DNA of 63,771 nt, counting the filler, from Trichomonas gallinae (lineage: Eukaryota): NCBI GenBank assembly GCA_008369845.1. It is 5 parts of 5 records of this genome, joined end to end, with 100 filler letters (N's around TTAATTAATTAA, not from the genome) between each part and the next. Parts side by side here need not be neighbours in the genome. Positions count along the whole stretch, not along the records: positions 27,808 to 53,958 come from MRSU01001372.1; 4 more parts are not named here. One strand, given 5' to 3'. Numbering within the stretch: position 1 is the stretch's first letter; each line of letters starts with the position of its first letter. Shown in pieces: positions 33,588 to 45,148 of the stretch. The notes below the pieces were generated by a model. It was given only the letters and a program-made list of their open reading frames with translations. It made no database searches and was not told where the DNA came from. The position numbers and the translations under genes are program-made.

Positions 33588-34850
33588 TTAATCAAACAGA
33601 GCATTGCCTTCGAATCTTAAATCAGGAGTTTCATAAACTACTTCTGTCTCATCTACAGGCCAATGCATAAAACAAATAACAACAAGAGATAAAATATCTA
33701 AATATTGCGAAAAAAGAACATATCTACTATCATTTCTATATCTCATGACGAAAATTGAAACAATAGTTGTCAAAATGAGTATAAAAACATGAATAAATGA
33801 AGAATATAACTCAGATGAAATATCATCAACTTTTGGAGGCAATCTAAGCGAATTTAAGCATATTACAATTAATAACTCAAACAAGAAGACATCATCAATG
33901 TTAAAATTAAGCTTGATTCCTGAAAAAGAAAAAGGAATTAAATAAAATAGCATCATAAATAAGTGAAACTGTAGGATTGCTTTGATATATTTCGTATCTG
34001 ACTGCTTTCTGTATATGTATGACCACGTTAGCACATCGAATGCCGCTAAATAAAAGGCATGTGAAACTCTTTCTACTAAAATTGAAATTGTATTTGCAAG
34101 ATCGAATTCGAATATTGACAAAATAGTTATTGTTGGGAAAATAAAAACCGTTGAGATTGTTATGGACAGTGAAATAAGCTGCTGAACTAGTGTTGGCTGT
34201 TTTGATTTTACTTTCGATAAACTTGATTTGAATTTAAAGGATAGTAAAACGACACATAACCATATAAATGACTGGATACCAACATTTATATAGAAAAATA
34301 TCAGGTTTACGTATTTCCAGACGATAATCAAATCGACTAATGATCCTTGTAAGAGATTGAAGCTCAATACCGAAATAATTGATCGTTTTTTATTACAGTT
34401 AGTTAGAAATAGCTGTGAAAAATGGTAATTATCGATTGAAATCGACCTTTCTGGAATAAATTTGACTTTATATTCGCTTTTATCATTCATATCGTATGAA
34501 TTATTGTATATTTCTGTAAATGACCCTGAAGTAACGGCAATAAGTGGCTTTGAGAATATGCTTTTCGATGAAAATCCGAATTTAATATTTGTATAATAGG
34601 ATTCTATGCTTTTTAGTTCTGTTGTAATCTCGTAATTGTTGTTTAATGATCGATTAGCTGGTATTTCTATCATTACATGTTGATTTGGAATTAAAAATAA
34701 CGAAATTAATATCAAAAATATCGAAATTATGTATATGATGAATAATATACACAGAGATTTTAATGGCATTAGTTCATAAATCTCAGACAACAGCTCTGTT
34801 TGGCTCTTGTTTGTAATTTCAATAGGCTTCATATCAATCTTATCTATCAT
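33588..34850 (-). CDS. Multi-pass membrane protein (N-terminal TM, luminal domain, ~7 TM)
   Basis: Hydropathy pattern; topology reminiscent of TMEM181/Wntless but unconfirmed; first ATG at 34850. Confidence 0.65.
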   Translation of the reverse strand: MIDKIDMKPIEITNKSQTELLSEIYELMPLKSLCILFIIYIISIFLILISLFLIPNQHVMIEIPANRSLNNNYEITTELKSIESYYTNIKFGFSSKSIFSKPLIAVTSGSFTEIYNNSYDMNDKSEYKVKFIPERSISIDNYHFSQLFLTNCNKKRSIISVLSFNLLQGSLVDLIIVWKYVNLIFFYINVGIQSFIWLCVVLLSFKFKSSLSKVKSKQPTLVQQLISLSITISTVFIFPTITILSIFEFDLANTISILVERVSHAFYLAAFDVLTWSYIYRKQSDTKYIKAILQFHLFMMLFYLIPFSFSGIKLNFNIDDVFLFELLIVICLNSLRLPPKVDDISSELYSSFIHVFILILTTIVSIFVMRYRNDSRYVLFSQYLDILSLVVICFMHWPVDETEVVYETPDLRFEGNALFD

Positions 34851-35306
34851 ATCATATATAAAATGATGGATTATTTTCAATGGTTCTTAAAATAACGATT
34901 ACATATATAATATGTCCATATTTTTTTTAAAAATTCAGATATATTCATACATTCACAAATACTACATATATGATTGCATCATTTCGCAGACATATGAATT
35001 GTGTCTGCGACATACATGGATTATAAAGGAAAAAATTTATCAATTTAATATTTTTTTCATAAAGGAGTGTTTTAATTAATTCCACATTAAATTTATTATG
35101 ATTTTATATTCTGATATCGCATCAATCAAATCTATATATATATATATTCAATTTGCGTATTTTAAATTAGACATCTTAAAGAAGACAGCTATAGTGTATT
35201 AATATAAAATCAAGGTTGCTCAAAGCTGGTAATTACTCGTTGTTTCCCAATGAAAGATATAATGTTGATTGTTGAGTGCAGGTTAATGTTGTAAAACCAT
35301 TCAAGA

Positions 35307-35928
35307 CTAATGATGAGAATTTTCAAGCTTCGTGACAGGAAATTGGAAAAATCTTAAAAAGAGTTTGGTATGATTAAGCTTCAGATGCTGTGTTTGCCTA
35401 TTTTTTATAAATTTGTCCATTTTTCCATCGAGTATAGTATTTATTCCAGGATCTGAGATAAGAAATTTGATAACTTCATAATAACCATTTCTTGAAGCAC
35501 AAACCAAAACTGTTTCGTTATGATTGTTTTTTTTTTTGCATTTATGTCTATTCCAGGAACTGTGAGAAGGAGTTTGACAACTTCATGATAGCCATATATT
35601 GAAGCCCAAATCAAAGCCGTATTGCCATGATTGTCTTTTGCGTTGACATCTATTCCTGGAACTGTGAGAAGGAGTTTGACAATGTCATAATGGCCTTCTA
35701 AACAGTAATTGATAAAATCGATAGATAACTGACAGACAATATCGAACCTGTTTTTTTTATTTCATATTTTGATTCAATTTGATGAAGAATGTCGATGATT
35801 TCACTGTAAATTAGTTTTGCGTTTTTCAAACACGCGCAGAGTTCTTCCTTACCAAGAGTTTTGATGAGTGTTTCGTTAGAAATCATCGTGCGTATTGTTG
35901 ACATATCCCGAACATTGACAGTATCCAT
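35307..35928 (-). pseudogene. Ankyrin-repeat gene broken by frameshifts
   Basis: Off-track frame GHYDIVKLLLTVPGIDVNAKDNHGNTALIWASIYGYHEVVKLLLTVPGIDINAK; shift in an A11 run (35527-35537) into NHNETVLVCASRNGYYEVIKFLI; a second break near 35698. Confidence 0.85.
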
Positions 35929-36029
35929 TAAATATATGTAGAAACTGCTGGTAAAATTATAAAATTGGGATTTTAACTAATAAACAATATATTTGTCAAT
36001 AGAATAAAATCTGCCATATAAATATATTC

Positions 36030-36500
36030 ATGAGAAAAAAGGGACCAATAAATGACTCTGAACAATTCGACGAATTATTGACACAAGCTCGAAATACAGA
36101 TAAGGATGTATCATTACGGCTCAATGACTATATTCTATTGATTTCAAGATTGAAATCAAATTTATCAGTGCCAAATTTAGTGTTATTATGCTCCATTGTT
36201 GGGGACATATGCGAATTAAATCATTCAATCGGTACTTACAACTCAGATATTCTCGATAAAATTGAAGAAGATTTGATAAAACTGATTTCAATTTATAAAA
36301 CATCATCATTTCAATACACAGTTTCTAAAGAAATTTCATCAACTCTTGATTTATACGAAAACGAAATCCAAAATTTCCAAAAATGTATTACACGAATTAG
36401 AGGGTCTGTTTCATATAGATTCCCCTTTATATTGATCATTTTAACAATTGTTTGCTTAGCATTCGCAATATATCGATACATATTAGATCGTTTTGATTGA
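36030..36500 (+). CDS. Tail-anchored membrane protein (possibly SNARE-like)
   Basis: Helical body and a single C-terminal TM (FPFILIILTIVCLAFAIY). Confidence 0.55.
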   Translation: MRKKGPINDSEQFDELLTQARNTDKDVSLRLNDYILLISRLKSNLSVPNLVLLCSIVGDICELNHSIGTYNSDILDKIEEDLIKLISIYKTSSFQYTVSKEISSTLDLYENEIQNFQKCITRIRGSVSYRFPFILIILTIVCLAFAIYRYILDRFD

Positions 36501-36651
36501 TCTTTTTAGAATATATCTCGCTCTTTCGCATATTATTTGCTATGGTGACTATAATCGTCTCCCAAAGCCTTGTTATATGTTTTTAAACAAAAAAATGCTT
36601 GTATATTTATTTAGGGGCTGCAAAACTAATATAGGGGCCTAAAATTAAATA

Positions 36652-37005
36652 ATGAGTATTAGAGACAAGTATCAGCTTTCAACTCATATCCTTGATATTT
36701 CTCAAGGTCACCCAGCCCAGGGTGTTGAAGTTCAATTGGAGAAATTCGATAAACTTTCTGATAAATGGAATTTTGTAAATAAATTAACAACAAATGCTAA
36801 TGGAAGAATCGAAGAATTTCTAGAAGGCAGCGGGAACCATGGAATTTATAAGCTAATTTTTTATACATCTGAATATTTCCAAAAATCTGGAATCAAAAGT
36901 TTCTATCCATTTATAGAAGTTGTATTTGAAATCAGCGATGACGCTCATTACCATGTTCCAATCACATTATCTCCTTTCGGATACTCAACTTACCGTGGAA
37001 GTTAA
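36652..37005 (+). CDS. uraH: 5-hydroxyisourate hydrolase (transthyretin-like protein)
   Basis: HILD...G.PA.GV, T..NGR, GIYKL.F, FYP, HYHVP..LSPFGYSTYRGS signature. Confidence 0.93.
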   Translation: MSIRDKYQLSTHILDISQGHPAQGVEVQLEKFDKLSDKWNFVNKLTTNANGRIEEFLEGSGNHGIYKLIFYTSEYFQKSGIKSFYPFIEVVFEISDDAHYHVPITLSPFGYSTYRGS

Positions 37006-37241
37006 GTCTAATATTGAAAATTTGAAGATAAAAACAGAAGAATAAGTGTTATTTTAATACAATGATATTTTTTATTTATAACTGAAGCAAACGAAATTGA
37101 AGATGCAAAGAAATGAACAAAATTGAATAAAGCGTTATTTTAATTCAAAGTGAAATAATTGATGTAGTTAGGCGAAAATAGTTATAATGACTACATTCCA
37201 CCTGATTACATGATTAAATAAACACTTTATCAACAAATATA

Positions 37242-38129
37242 TTAAACAAGAGATTCTATCATACTAATTATGCTTTCCAATGCAGGGATAACAGCATCCT
37301 CGCATTCTTCAACGTTTTCGTTGGATTCCTGAGCGGCGTTTTCTATATCCAAATATGTTTTTGCGAAATCCAATAATCTGCAATCAAATTTGGATGGATC
37401 GTCTTCATCGTAAGCGAAGACGATCGAGCTGGAGTACATTCTTGCGCCAAACTGTTCCCTCATTTTCTGCATTGATACTTTAAGTTTCTTGAGTTTCTCA
37501 ACAAAAACTGGAATTTGGTTCGGATAGTGGAAGAAATCCTCCAAGAAAGCCATGAATTCAAGTTTGGAGCATTTATTACCCCATTCTCTCTTCACGCAAT
37601 TGATGTTTTCTTCGACCGGCCATTGGTCGGGATTTCTTGAATACCACATGGCCGCGCGAACTCTTACGCATAGCTCCTGCGAAGTAGGGCAGGAGCATTT
37701 CATCTTCATTCTTTCCCTTTTTGTCTTGGGAGCACCGAGTGCCCATGTCCTCGTACCTAATTTAACGTCCAGGACAGCTGGCCTCGAGTATCCATCAGCA
37801 ATGTCATGCATCATAAGGTAAGGTTCTGATTTATGATGAGAAATATCGATCTCTTTTTTAACTTCAAGATCAACTTCATCATCAGAACTAGACAAGTGCA
37901 CATTGTTATCATCAACGATACCCTCAACAGAAGGGATTAATTCAGGTTCTAAAATACTGTGCAAACTGCCAGCATAAGTTTTATAAAATTTCAACTCACG
38001 ACTTAAACGGCACTTCTTGGCGATGAAACCTTCCCTAAATGGGATGATAACGCCATCATGCCCAAAGATTCTAGACCGCAGCAGCTGGCCTTGGCTGTGG
38101 TCCACATGCAGGGTCATTCTAGAACTCAT
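37242..38129 (-). CDS. Inositol polyphosphate kinase (IPK/IP6K/IPMK family)
   Basis: E..FY, PAVLDVKLG (PxxxDxKxG), SSI (SSLL-like) and LLDFA (IDF-like) motifs. Confidence 0.88.
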   Translation of the reverse strand: MSSRMTLHVDHSQGQLLRSRIFGHDGVIIPFREGFIAKKCRLSRELKFYKTYAGSLHSILEPELIPSVEGIVDDNNVHLSSSDDEVDLEVKKEIDISHHKSEPYLMMHDIADGYSRPAVLDVKLGTRTWALGAPKTKRERMKMKCSCPTSQELCVRVRAAMWYSRNPDQWPVEENINCVKREWGNKCSKLEFMAFLEDFFHYPNQIPVFVEKLKKLKVSMQKMREQFGARMYSSSIVFAYDEDDPSKFDCRLLDFAKTYLDIENAAQESNENVEECEDAVIPALESIISMIESLV

Positions 38130-39693
38130 TTATTTTTTCTTTTTGAACGATGAAAAAAAAATTTTTTTTCGAAAATTTTTTATAGACAATAATTGGTTCT
38201 TTTTATGTATAAATTAAGTTTAACATCTTTTTTTGAATGCTTTTTCATAAAATATAAAAAACGAGTTTTGATTGAAAAATTGAATGATCACCCAAATTTT
38301 GACTGAGAGCAAAATCATTGAAAAAGTGTACATAATGTGCTAATATTGACGAGAAGATCAAATTTAAAGATTTTATCTTCTTATATAAAATTTTGAGAGT
38401 TGATTTTATCAAATCAGTCGAGGTTTATCTATATGTGATGTATATCCAAGTTCATAAATAATTTGCCCATAATTTTTTTTTGTAAATTTATGTTTGGGTT
38501 GTAATATTATAAGTTAGCTGTATTATCAATAAAATTTTCGTAAATTTTTCAAAATTTGTTGGTTTAAACATTTTCGTTGTATACAAGTTTTAAAACATTT
38601 TTATGGAATACAAGTTTTTAATTTTTTTTGTAACTTTTCAATGAGTATTTTCTATCAACACCTGTTTTTTGTTTATATCTATATATAGTAGATCATTTCC
38701 TGTTGGTCAGTCCAATATTTCAAGATTTTAATTTGAACAAGAATTATTCGTTTATGAAATCTTATTTTTCAATCATCTGAACTTGGAATCACAATATGCA
38801 TCCTAATAAAATGCTCAATATACTAGTTTAGCGGATTAAATCAGTTTATTTTATGCTGAAATTTTGTTATTCGTTCTCACTTATCGAGTGTTTATGAGTT
38901 TTGATCATATGTTTTCTCAAATGACAGTTTCCGTTGGAGTAGTTCACATTAAAAGTTCGTTTTTCCTTTGACTCAATAAGCAGGTTTTGTAAAATAATTA
39001 TGGCCCCGAACAATTTAATTTTGAAAAGAAAAGAGCCATAATTATTTTTGGATAAAATGGAAAACCAATCACTCATTATCGCATTTTGGACTTTTGATAG
39101 GCTTAAGCAAGCAGTTACAATTATGAAATTTCATTCCAAAAACTGTTCTGCACGATTAAAATTTATCAAAATTTATTAAATCTCGCCTGTTCGAACTATA
39201 AATGTTTAATTCCATGCTTAATAGAGACACATAATTATATGAAGCACTTTATTCTCATTACATTCGATTCTGGATTTATAGGAATTAAACAAACAAAGCA
39301 TTTTGACTATTATGTACACGGATTTAAGTTTATTATCTCATAAAATAGAGATTCTCTATATTGATAATGCATAATTTTGCATTACTAAGTTAATTTCATC
39401 TTGAAAATCATCACATAGCATATTTATCTTGTTGCAAAATGATATTCATGAGCAAATAATTTATTATATTACATCTACAAACTTGAAAAGAATTGATATT
39501 TTATCAATTAATGAAAACAATCAATTAAGCTAAATGTACTATAATTTAGAGTTTATGATGTCTATATAGTTGCAATACTATTGAAAATCTGGTTATTACT
39601 GTTATAATTTTAAATTTGAGAATTCAAATTTTGAGTAGTCAGTACGTTATACATAAAAATAAGTTATATACAATATACAAAAATGATTTCAGT

Positions 39694-39896
39694 CTTTAAA
39701 ATTATATAACGACTTGATTTTTATAACAAATAATTAAAAAATACAAGATATGAAGATATTTCGATGAATTTCAAAAAATATACAACATAAAGAAATAGAT
39801 CAATGCTTTAAAACTGTATAACGACATGATTTTTATCAAAAATAATAAAAAACAAAAGATTTGATGATTTTTTGACGAAATTTTAAAAATATACAA
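39694..39896. repeat. Diverged ~112-bp tandem duplication upstream of the exportin-like gene
   Basis: CTTTAAAA.T.TATAACGAC.TGATTTTT...AAATATACAA starts at 39694 and 39806. Confidence 0.75.
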
Positions 39897-39942
39897 TGGA
39901 CCGAGTCTATTTATTGTTTTTAAAACCAAAAGAAAAAACTAA

Positions 39943-39975
39943 AAAGTGACGTTAAAATTAATTATTATTATCACA
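39943..39975 (+). promoter_or_regulatory. M2 motif (AAAGTGAC) and Inr-like TCACA
   Basis: AAAGTGAC at 39943-39950; TCACA at 39971-39975 just before the ATG at 39977. Confidence 0.6.
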
Positions 39976-39976
39976 T

Positions 39977-42958
39977 ATGACTGACCTTTCTGAAGAAGGA
40001 ACCCCTATCGAAATTGAGACTTTTGATCGTCTCGCGTCGATGTTTAACAACGTGGATGAATCCGGCGACGAGGCAAGGAACGTCCTTTATCAGATCGGTG
40101 AACGGCCGGACGCGTGGCTTCTGATGCATGATATAATAATTAACTCGACGAATGATATGAGCAAAGCTCTCGCGCTAAATATCTTTGCTCAGGGAATAAG
40201 AAAAAGCTGGAATATTCTTTCACAACAACAAAAACAACAATTTACCACATTTTATTTCGATTTTGTCATTGGAGCAGCCGAGAATGGGGTCTCCCAATTC
40301 ATAATAAATTACGCAAACGAAGTTCTTATCGAAATACTGAAAAATGAATGGCCTTTTAACTGGCCTAATTTTACACACTTAATTATCAACGAATCAAAAC
40401 GCAGTGAGGCAGTATGTATAAATAATCTCCGAATCCTTTCAACTCTCTCAGACGAAATTCATAAAACCCGCGACGAGAATTTAACATCAGAACGATTGTT
40501 AGAGCTAGATCAACAATTAGATAAAGACTTCCAACTAATTTTTTCACACATCGAAAATATACTAGAAATAGCTGAGTCTGCTGAGCTTAGAGCAGAAGGA
40601 CTGAAAGCGTTATCACATTTTCTTGGCTGGATCGATTTAAGACTTATTATATCGTCAAAGCTGTGCTCACAGAGAGTGCCAGAGTTTTTGCCTTACGAAG
40701 AATTCAGAGTTCCAGTCATAGATTGTTTTACTGCAATTGCAAATCACCGAAATGCTTCTGCTGACGCTTCAATGACACAGATCTTCGAAATGTTAGTACA
40801 AAATCTCGGCGCGTTTTTACAAAATCAAGAAGATATACAATATTTAGATCCAGAACTTTCAGCATCGATTGTTAATGCTTTGACTTCGTTTTTACTCTTA
40901 GATAATTGCGGACTTCTACAATCGTCAGTTACTCAATATACACAAATCGCTTTATATTGGATGGCAACATTTGTTGCTTTCACCGTCGATGAAACTTTTC
41001 ACCACTGCGTTGAAATGTGGCACACACTCGCGAGATTGGCAAGACTTGATCATCACAAAATTTCAATACCAGACGAAATTGTTATTCCACTTCGAATGTT
41101 TTTAGTCACTAGCATGGCGAGACCAACACGATTTATAGTAGCGTTTAATAATGACAACGAATTAGTACTTGCTGATGATAAAACAGATACACAAGAAGAT
41201 TTATTTTATCAAACAATGGCTGCGACTCTTCGTTATTTATGCCACCAAGCGAATGGTCCACAACTGTTAGATTTTATCATGGAGAAAATCAGAGAGCCAT
41301 TTTCAAAAGAAAGTTTGCCTGTTTATTTTTCAATCGGTTCAATTGCAGGTTCTTTCAAGCAATTGGAGGCAAAATTCATTCATGATGTTCTAGCAGTTAT
41401 TACGGAATCTCTAGATTTTACCTTTCAGTCTCCTGAATCAGTTATGGCTGCTGCTGTTTTTATGTATATCGCATCCAGCTATAAATACCTGTTTGTTAAA
41501 AACTGGGCAATTCTATCAGAGATATTGAACAGAATGGTTGCTATTATGCAACATCCAATTCCACAGTTACAAATTTTTGCGGTAAATTGCCTTTTAGAGA
41601 TGTCTAAGTCATGCTACAACCTGATTAATGCAAACTTAGCACAACAATGGCTCCAAAATATTACGCATTTCATTCAAATTTTACCATTCGAAGCCATTCC
41701 CTCTTTATTCTCGATGTTTGCTCTCCTAGTTCAAAAATTTACAGTTGGGCCACAGCGCAATTCACTTGTACAGACTTTATTCGGTCCTCCGATTGATGCG
41801 TTAAATTCTTCTCTCGCAACACTCGCCAATGGACTCGATGACAGCCACGATTTCTCCATGGGCATCATTGTTCCACTGGATGCTCTTGGAAAAGTCGTTT
41901 GCATTTCGGATGAAAATTTTTTCCAAGCAATTGTTCAGATTATCGGCCAATGCCTCAGCATCCTCAATTTCTACACGTCTGGCATAGCAGAACACGGCGA
42001 ATCCTTCAATTTAATGCGTGTTAAAGCTGCATTGCTTAAATTGATGGAAAGTTTCCTTATTACATACCCCAAAACAGATGCTTCTCTCGACTTGTTCGGC
42101 AAAATCATCGAAGACTTCGTTGCGCTTCCGATTCCTCTAAGATCGGCCTCAGCTCTTGATACAATCGGCGCCTACATCGAAAAACTCGGCACTGAGTCTC
42201 AAGAGTTTTTAATGCCCGTGCTAGATAACGTAGTTTCCCCTCTTATGGAAGCGATGGGAGAAAATATGACAGATTTACCAGAGCTAAGACAGAGTTACTT
42301 CAAGCTTTTGCAGTCGATTATCATCAAGGCGCTGGTTCTTGAACAAACCGAGCCATTCCTTCTTGAAAAATTAATCGAATCTATATTATTCGGAGTTTCT
42401 CACCCGCAGCATGCTATATGTGAGATTTCCCTTTCGACCATATCCGATATAGTCGCTAGTGTCGACAAATGTCCTGATGAATCTTTCAAGACTAGTTTTT
42501 ATACAGCATTTTTCGTTCCAATCATTGAAAGACTTATAGAAGTTTTGACTGATTTATCCCACAAGTTCATTTTCACGCATATAGCTCAAGTTTTCTTCCA
42601 TCTCATGCAAATCGTGTGGAACGGCAGCGTTATTATTGACTCAGACATAGACCCGAGAGTTTTAGTCTCAGAGAGAATGGCTCAGAAGCTGATTTCTCTC
42701 TTCCCGACATTAAATCCCGAGGAAACTCTAAACTTCGCGCAGAGATTAGTCAATGAGCACTTCAACTCCGAGGAATTCAAGGTGCAACTGGCAGACTTCT
42801 TGATCTCATTGAGGAAGGCATCGCCTAAAGAAGGTTTACTTATGGCTCTCAAGAATGACCAAGGAATGGAGGAGCAGCAGGAGGACCAGGAGATGACAGA
42901 CAACGGTGAACCGCCAGCTTTCTATCAGGATGGAGACACCCAGCTTCAAGAATTCTAG
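39977..42958 (+). CDS. XPO1: Exportin-1/CRM1-like karyopherin
   Basis: PDAW, ILK.EWP.NWP.F, CINNL.IL..LS.E, FLGWI, MARP, SIGSIAG, PELR..YFKLL, LTD..HK..F, FK..L.DFL. Confidence 0.75.
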   Translation: MTDLSEEGTPIEIETFDRLASMFNNVDESGDEARNVLYQIGERPDAWLLMHDIIINSTNDMSKALALNIFAQGIRKSWNILSQQQKQQFTTFYFDFVIGAAENGVSQFIINYANEVLIEILKNEWPFNWPNFTHLIINESKRSEAVCINNLRILSTLSDEIHKTRDENLTSERLLELDQQLDKDFQLIFSHIENILEIAESAELRAEGLKALSHFLGWIDLRLIISSKLCSQRVPEFLPYEEFRVPVIDCFTAIANHRNASADASMTQIFEMLVQNLGAFLQNQEDIQYLDPELSASIVNALTSFLLLDNCGLLQSSVTQYTQIALYWMATFVAFTVDETFHHCVEMWHTLARLARLDHHKISIPDEIVIPLRMFLVTSMARPTRFIVAFNNDNELVLADDKTDTQEDLFYQTMAATLRYLCHQANGPQLLDFIMEKIREPFSKESLPVYFSIGSIAGSFKQLEAKFIHDVLAVITESLDFTFQSPESVMAAAVFMYIASSYKYLFVKNWAILSEILNRMVAIMQHPIPQLQIFAVNCLLEMSKSCYNLINANLAQQWLQNITHFIQILPFEAIPSLFSMFALLVQKFTVGPQRNSLVQTLFGPPIDALNSSLATLANGLDDSHDFSMGIIVPLDALGKVVCISDENFFQAIVQIIGQCLSILNFYTSGIAEHGESFNLMRVKAALLKLMESFLITYPKTDASLDLFGKIIEDFVALPIPLRSASALDTIGAYIEKLGTESQEFLMPVLDNVVSPLMEAMGENMTDLPELRQSYFKLLQSIIIKALVLEQTEPFLLEKLIESILFGVSHPQHAICEISLSTISDIVASVDKCPDESFKTSFYTAFFVPIIERLIEVLTDLSHKFIFTHIAQVFFHLMQIVWNGSVIIDSDIDPRVLVSERMAQKLISLFPTLNPEETLNFAQRLVNEHFNSEEFKVQLADFLISLRKASPKEGLLMALKNDQGMEEQQEDQEMTDNGEPPAFYQDGDTQLQEF

Positions 42959-43512
42959 TATTTAGTATTAGTTTTTGTTGTTATTTTATTGTATTTTGTG
43001 TATATTTGTGTATGCTTTATATATTTTGTTATTGTTTTGATTGTTTCGTTATTTGATAAACTTATATTATATTATATTTGACTTTTTTTTTTGCATCACG
43101 CATCAGAAAACTATGCATGCACGAGTAGTGGAAGAAATTACGTTTCTCTTAAGTTATGTCACGATAAGAAAAAGGTTATTGTAAATTTTCTCGATTTTTT
43201 CTTGGTGTTGATTTTTTGCGATTTTTATAACATCTATTGGCAATATTATAATATACCATACATGTTTTAATGCATTAGACTGTGTAGAATGTGTTTGCTT
43301 AATTGAGATATCATCATTATTTCTTCCACCAGGTAGTGCCAGGAACGAAATTTTTGGTGAAATTTCAAAAATATTTATAATTCATTTGAAAATCAATGAT
43401 TTTTGTATTAGTTATAAGCTAAGGTGGCCCTTATTGAGAGGAATTGATAGGCTCTGCTGTGTAGAAATAAAGATATGAAAATAAACATCTTTATATAATT
43501 ACAAACAAAATT

Positions 43513-44712
43513 TCATTTCTTAGTTTCAGATTTCTTGACCTTTCCGTTCTTCTTCTTATCAACGTAGTCATATTTGAACGGAATTGGCGCGTAAGCTTTC
43601 TTTGCGAGCTTCATTGAGTAAGTCGGTGGCAGTGGTTTTGGTTCGGGAATTTCTACGACTTCCATTTGTTTCCTTTCAGTTTCTTCCGGGAATTCCATAA
43701 CTTTCCCACCTCCGTGCTGGTCTTTGGTTAGCCTCTGGACCCATCTCTCGTTGCTTGTCTTTAGAGGCTTTATCTTCTCGTACTTCGGCTTTTCCACTCT
43801 GTTTTTGTATATCGTTAAAGGCTCGTCAGTATATGGCGATTCTCTGAGATTGACGGTGAAGCAGTAAGCTTTGTGCATGTCCTGCGTGAAGCCCACTGGC
43901 AGTGTCCTTCTCATCGATAGCTCTTTGGGAGTCAGGGCTTCGAATACGTGCGGATCTACTTCTTTTATTTGGTTGTTGGAAAGTTTTACTCCTTTGACTT
44001 CTCTGTAGGCTCCTGCGTAGTTTATTGAGCATTCCATGCAGACATTGACTGTCTCTGTAAGAATATTAGGAGCCATTTCGCTCAGTCTTTCCTTGATAAC
44101 TTTATATAATCTGTATGAATTTACTGACGGGAATTTCATATGTGCTCTGAAGTATATAACAATCAATTTCTTGACTTTGTGGACTTGTTTTTTGCATGGT
44201 GGCTTGAAAAAATCAGGACTAATTGCACACTGCATGAATTCTTGGAATTTAGCTTCGCCGTTAGGTATTTCTCCAAACAAATTATCGATGAATGCAGACT
44301 TTAGCGACTGAGCGGTTGCCCCTTCGAGTAAATAAATCTTTTTTGGGTCGTTATAAATTCCAAAAGACGCATTAAACTGCAAAACAGGAGATCCGTACAC
44401 AATTTTCATTGTTTTGGTGATATGTTGTGCAATCTGCTTAATTTCATTGAATAATTCGTCAGTAACATCATCGGATTTTTCGGATTTGAGATGGAATTGT
44501 ACAATTTGATCGAATTCTTTTTGATCTTCCTCTTCTTCCTCGTGTTTTGGCATTTCTTTGAGATATTTCCCTTGTCCTTCGACAATTTGAATAATTGCTT
44601 TCGTTTTGTCTATTCTTTCGAACTCATAAGGCTTGCTTTCGAAAGGCACCGGACATTTGGCCGTTGTGCAAGTAATGAGAATATCATTAAATGTTCGCTC
44701 AATGGTAGACAT
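43513..44712 (-). CDS. Hypothetical protein
   Basis: 399-aa ORF with coding-like composition; one CxxC (VCMEC); no family recognised. Confidence 0.7.
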   Translation of the reverse strand: MSTIERTFNDILITCTTAKCPVPFESKPYEFERIDKTKAIIQIVEGQGKYLKEMPKHEEEEEDQKEFDQIVQFHLKSEKSDDVTDELFNEIKQIAQHITKTMKIVYGSPVLQFNASFGIYNDPKKIYLLEGATAQSLKSAFIDNLFGEIPNGEAKFQEFMQCAISPDFFKPPCKKQVHKVKKLIVIYFRAHMKFPSVNSYRLYKVIKERLSEMAPNILTETVNVCMECSINYAGAYREVKGVKLSNNQIKEVDPHVFEALTPKELSMRRTLPVGFTQDMHKAYCFTVNLRESPYTDEPLTIYKNRVEKPKYEKIKPLKTSNERWVQRLTKDQHGGGKVMEFPEETERKQMEVVEIPEPKPLPPTYSMKLAKKAYAPIPFKYDYVDKKKNGKVKKSETKK

Positions 44713-45148
44713 TTTTTGTGAAAATTTAAAAAAAAACGATTTTTTTAAACTTGTTTTTAAACAGTAGAATATAATCTATATATAATAAAAATGTTATTTG
44801 ACGAAATATTTTTAACTTTTAGATTCATTTCATTTAATTTTGACGATTGGACTGATTTGCAGTTAAAGCAATGTTATGATGATGGATATATTACCATACT
44901 AGCAGGAAAGCAACCTAAAAAACGAAAATGAAAATATTTTCATCTTTAGGTATTAATTATATGGTTTTTATAACTGCTTCCATCATTAAGCTCTATGTAT
45001 TAATTTGCTCAGACTGCAAAATTCTATAATTTTTTAATATTTTTCTTGATGTATTTCCAGTTGAGCGAAGCTTTTAATTACAAAACGATCAAGTTATTAA
45101 TAGATTCAATTAAAAGGAAATACATAATTTTTTTTTAAATTAAAAAAA

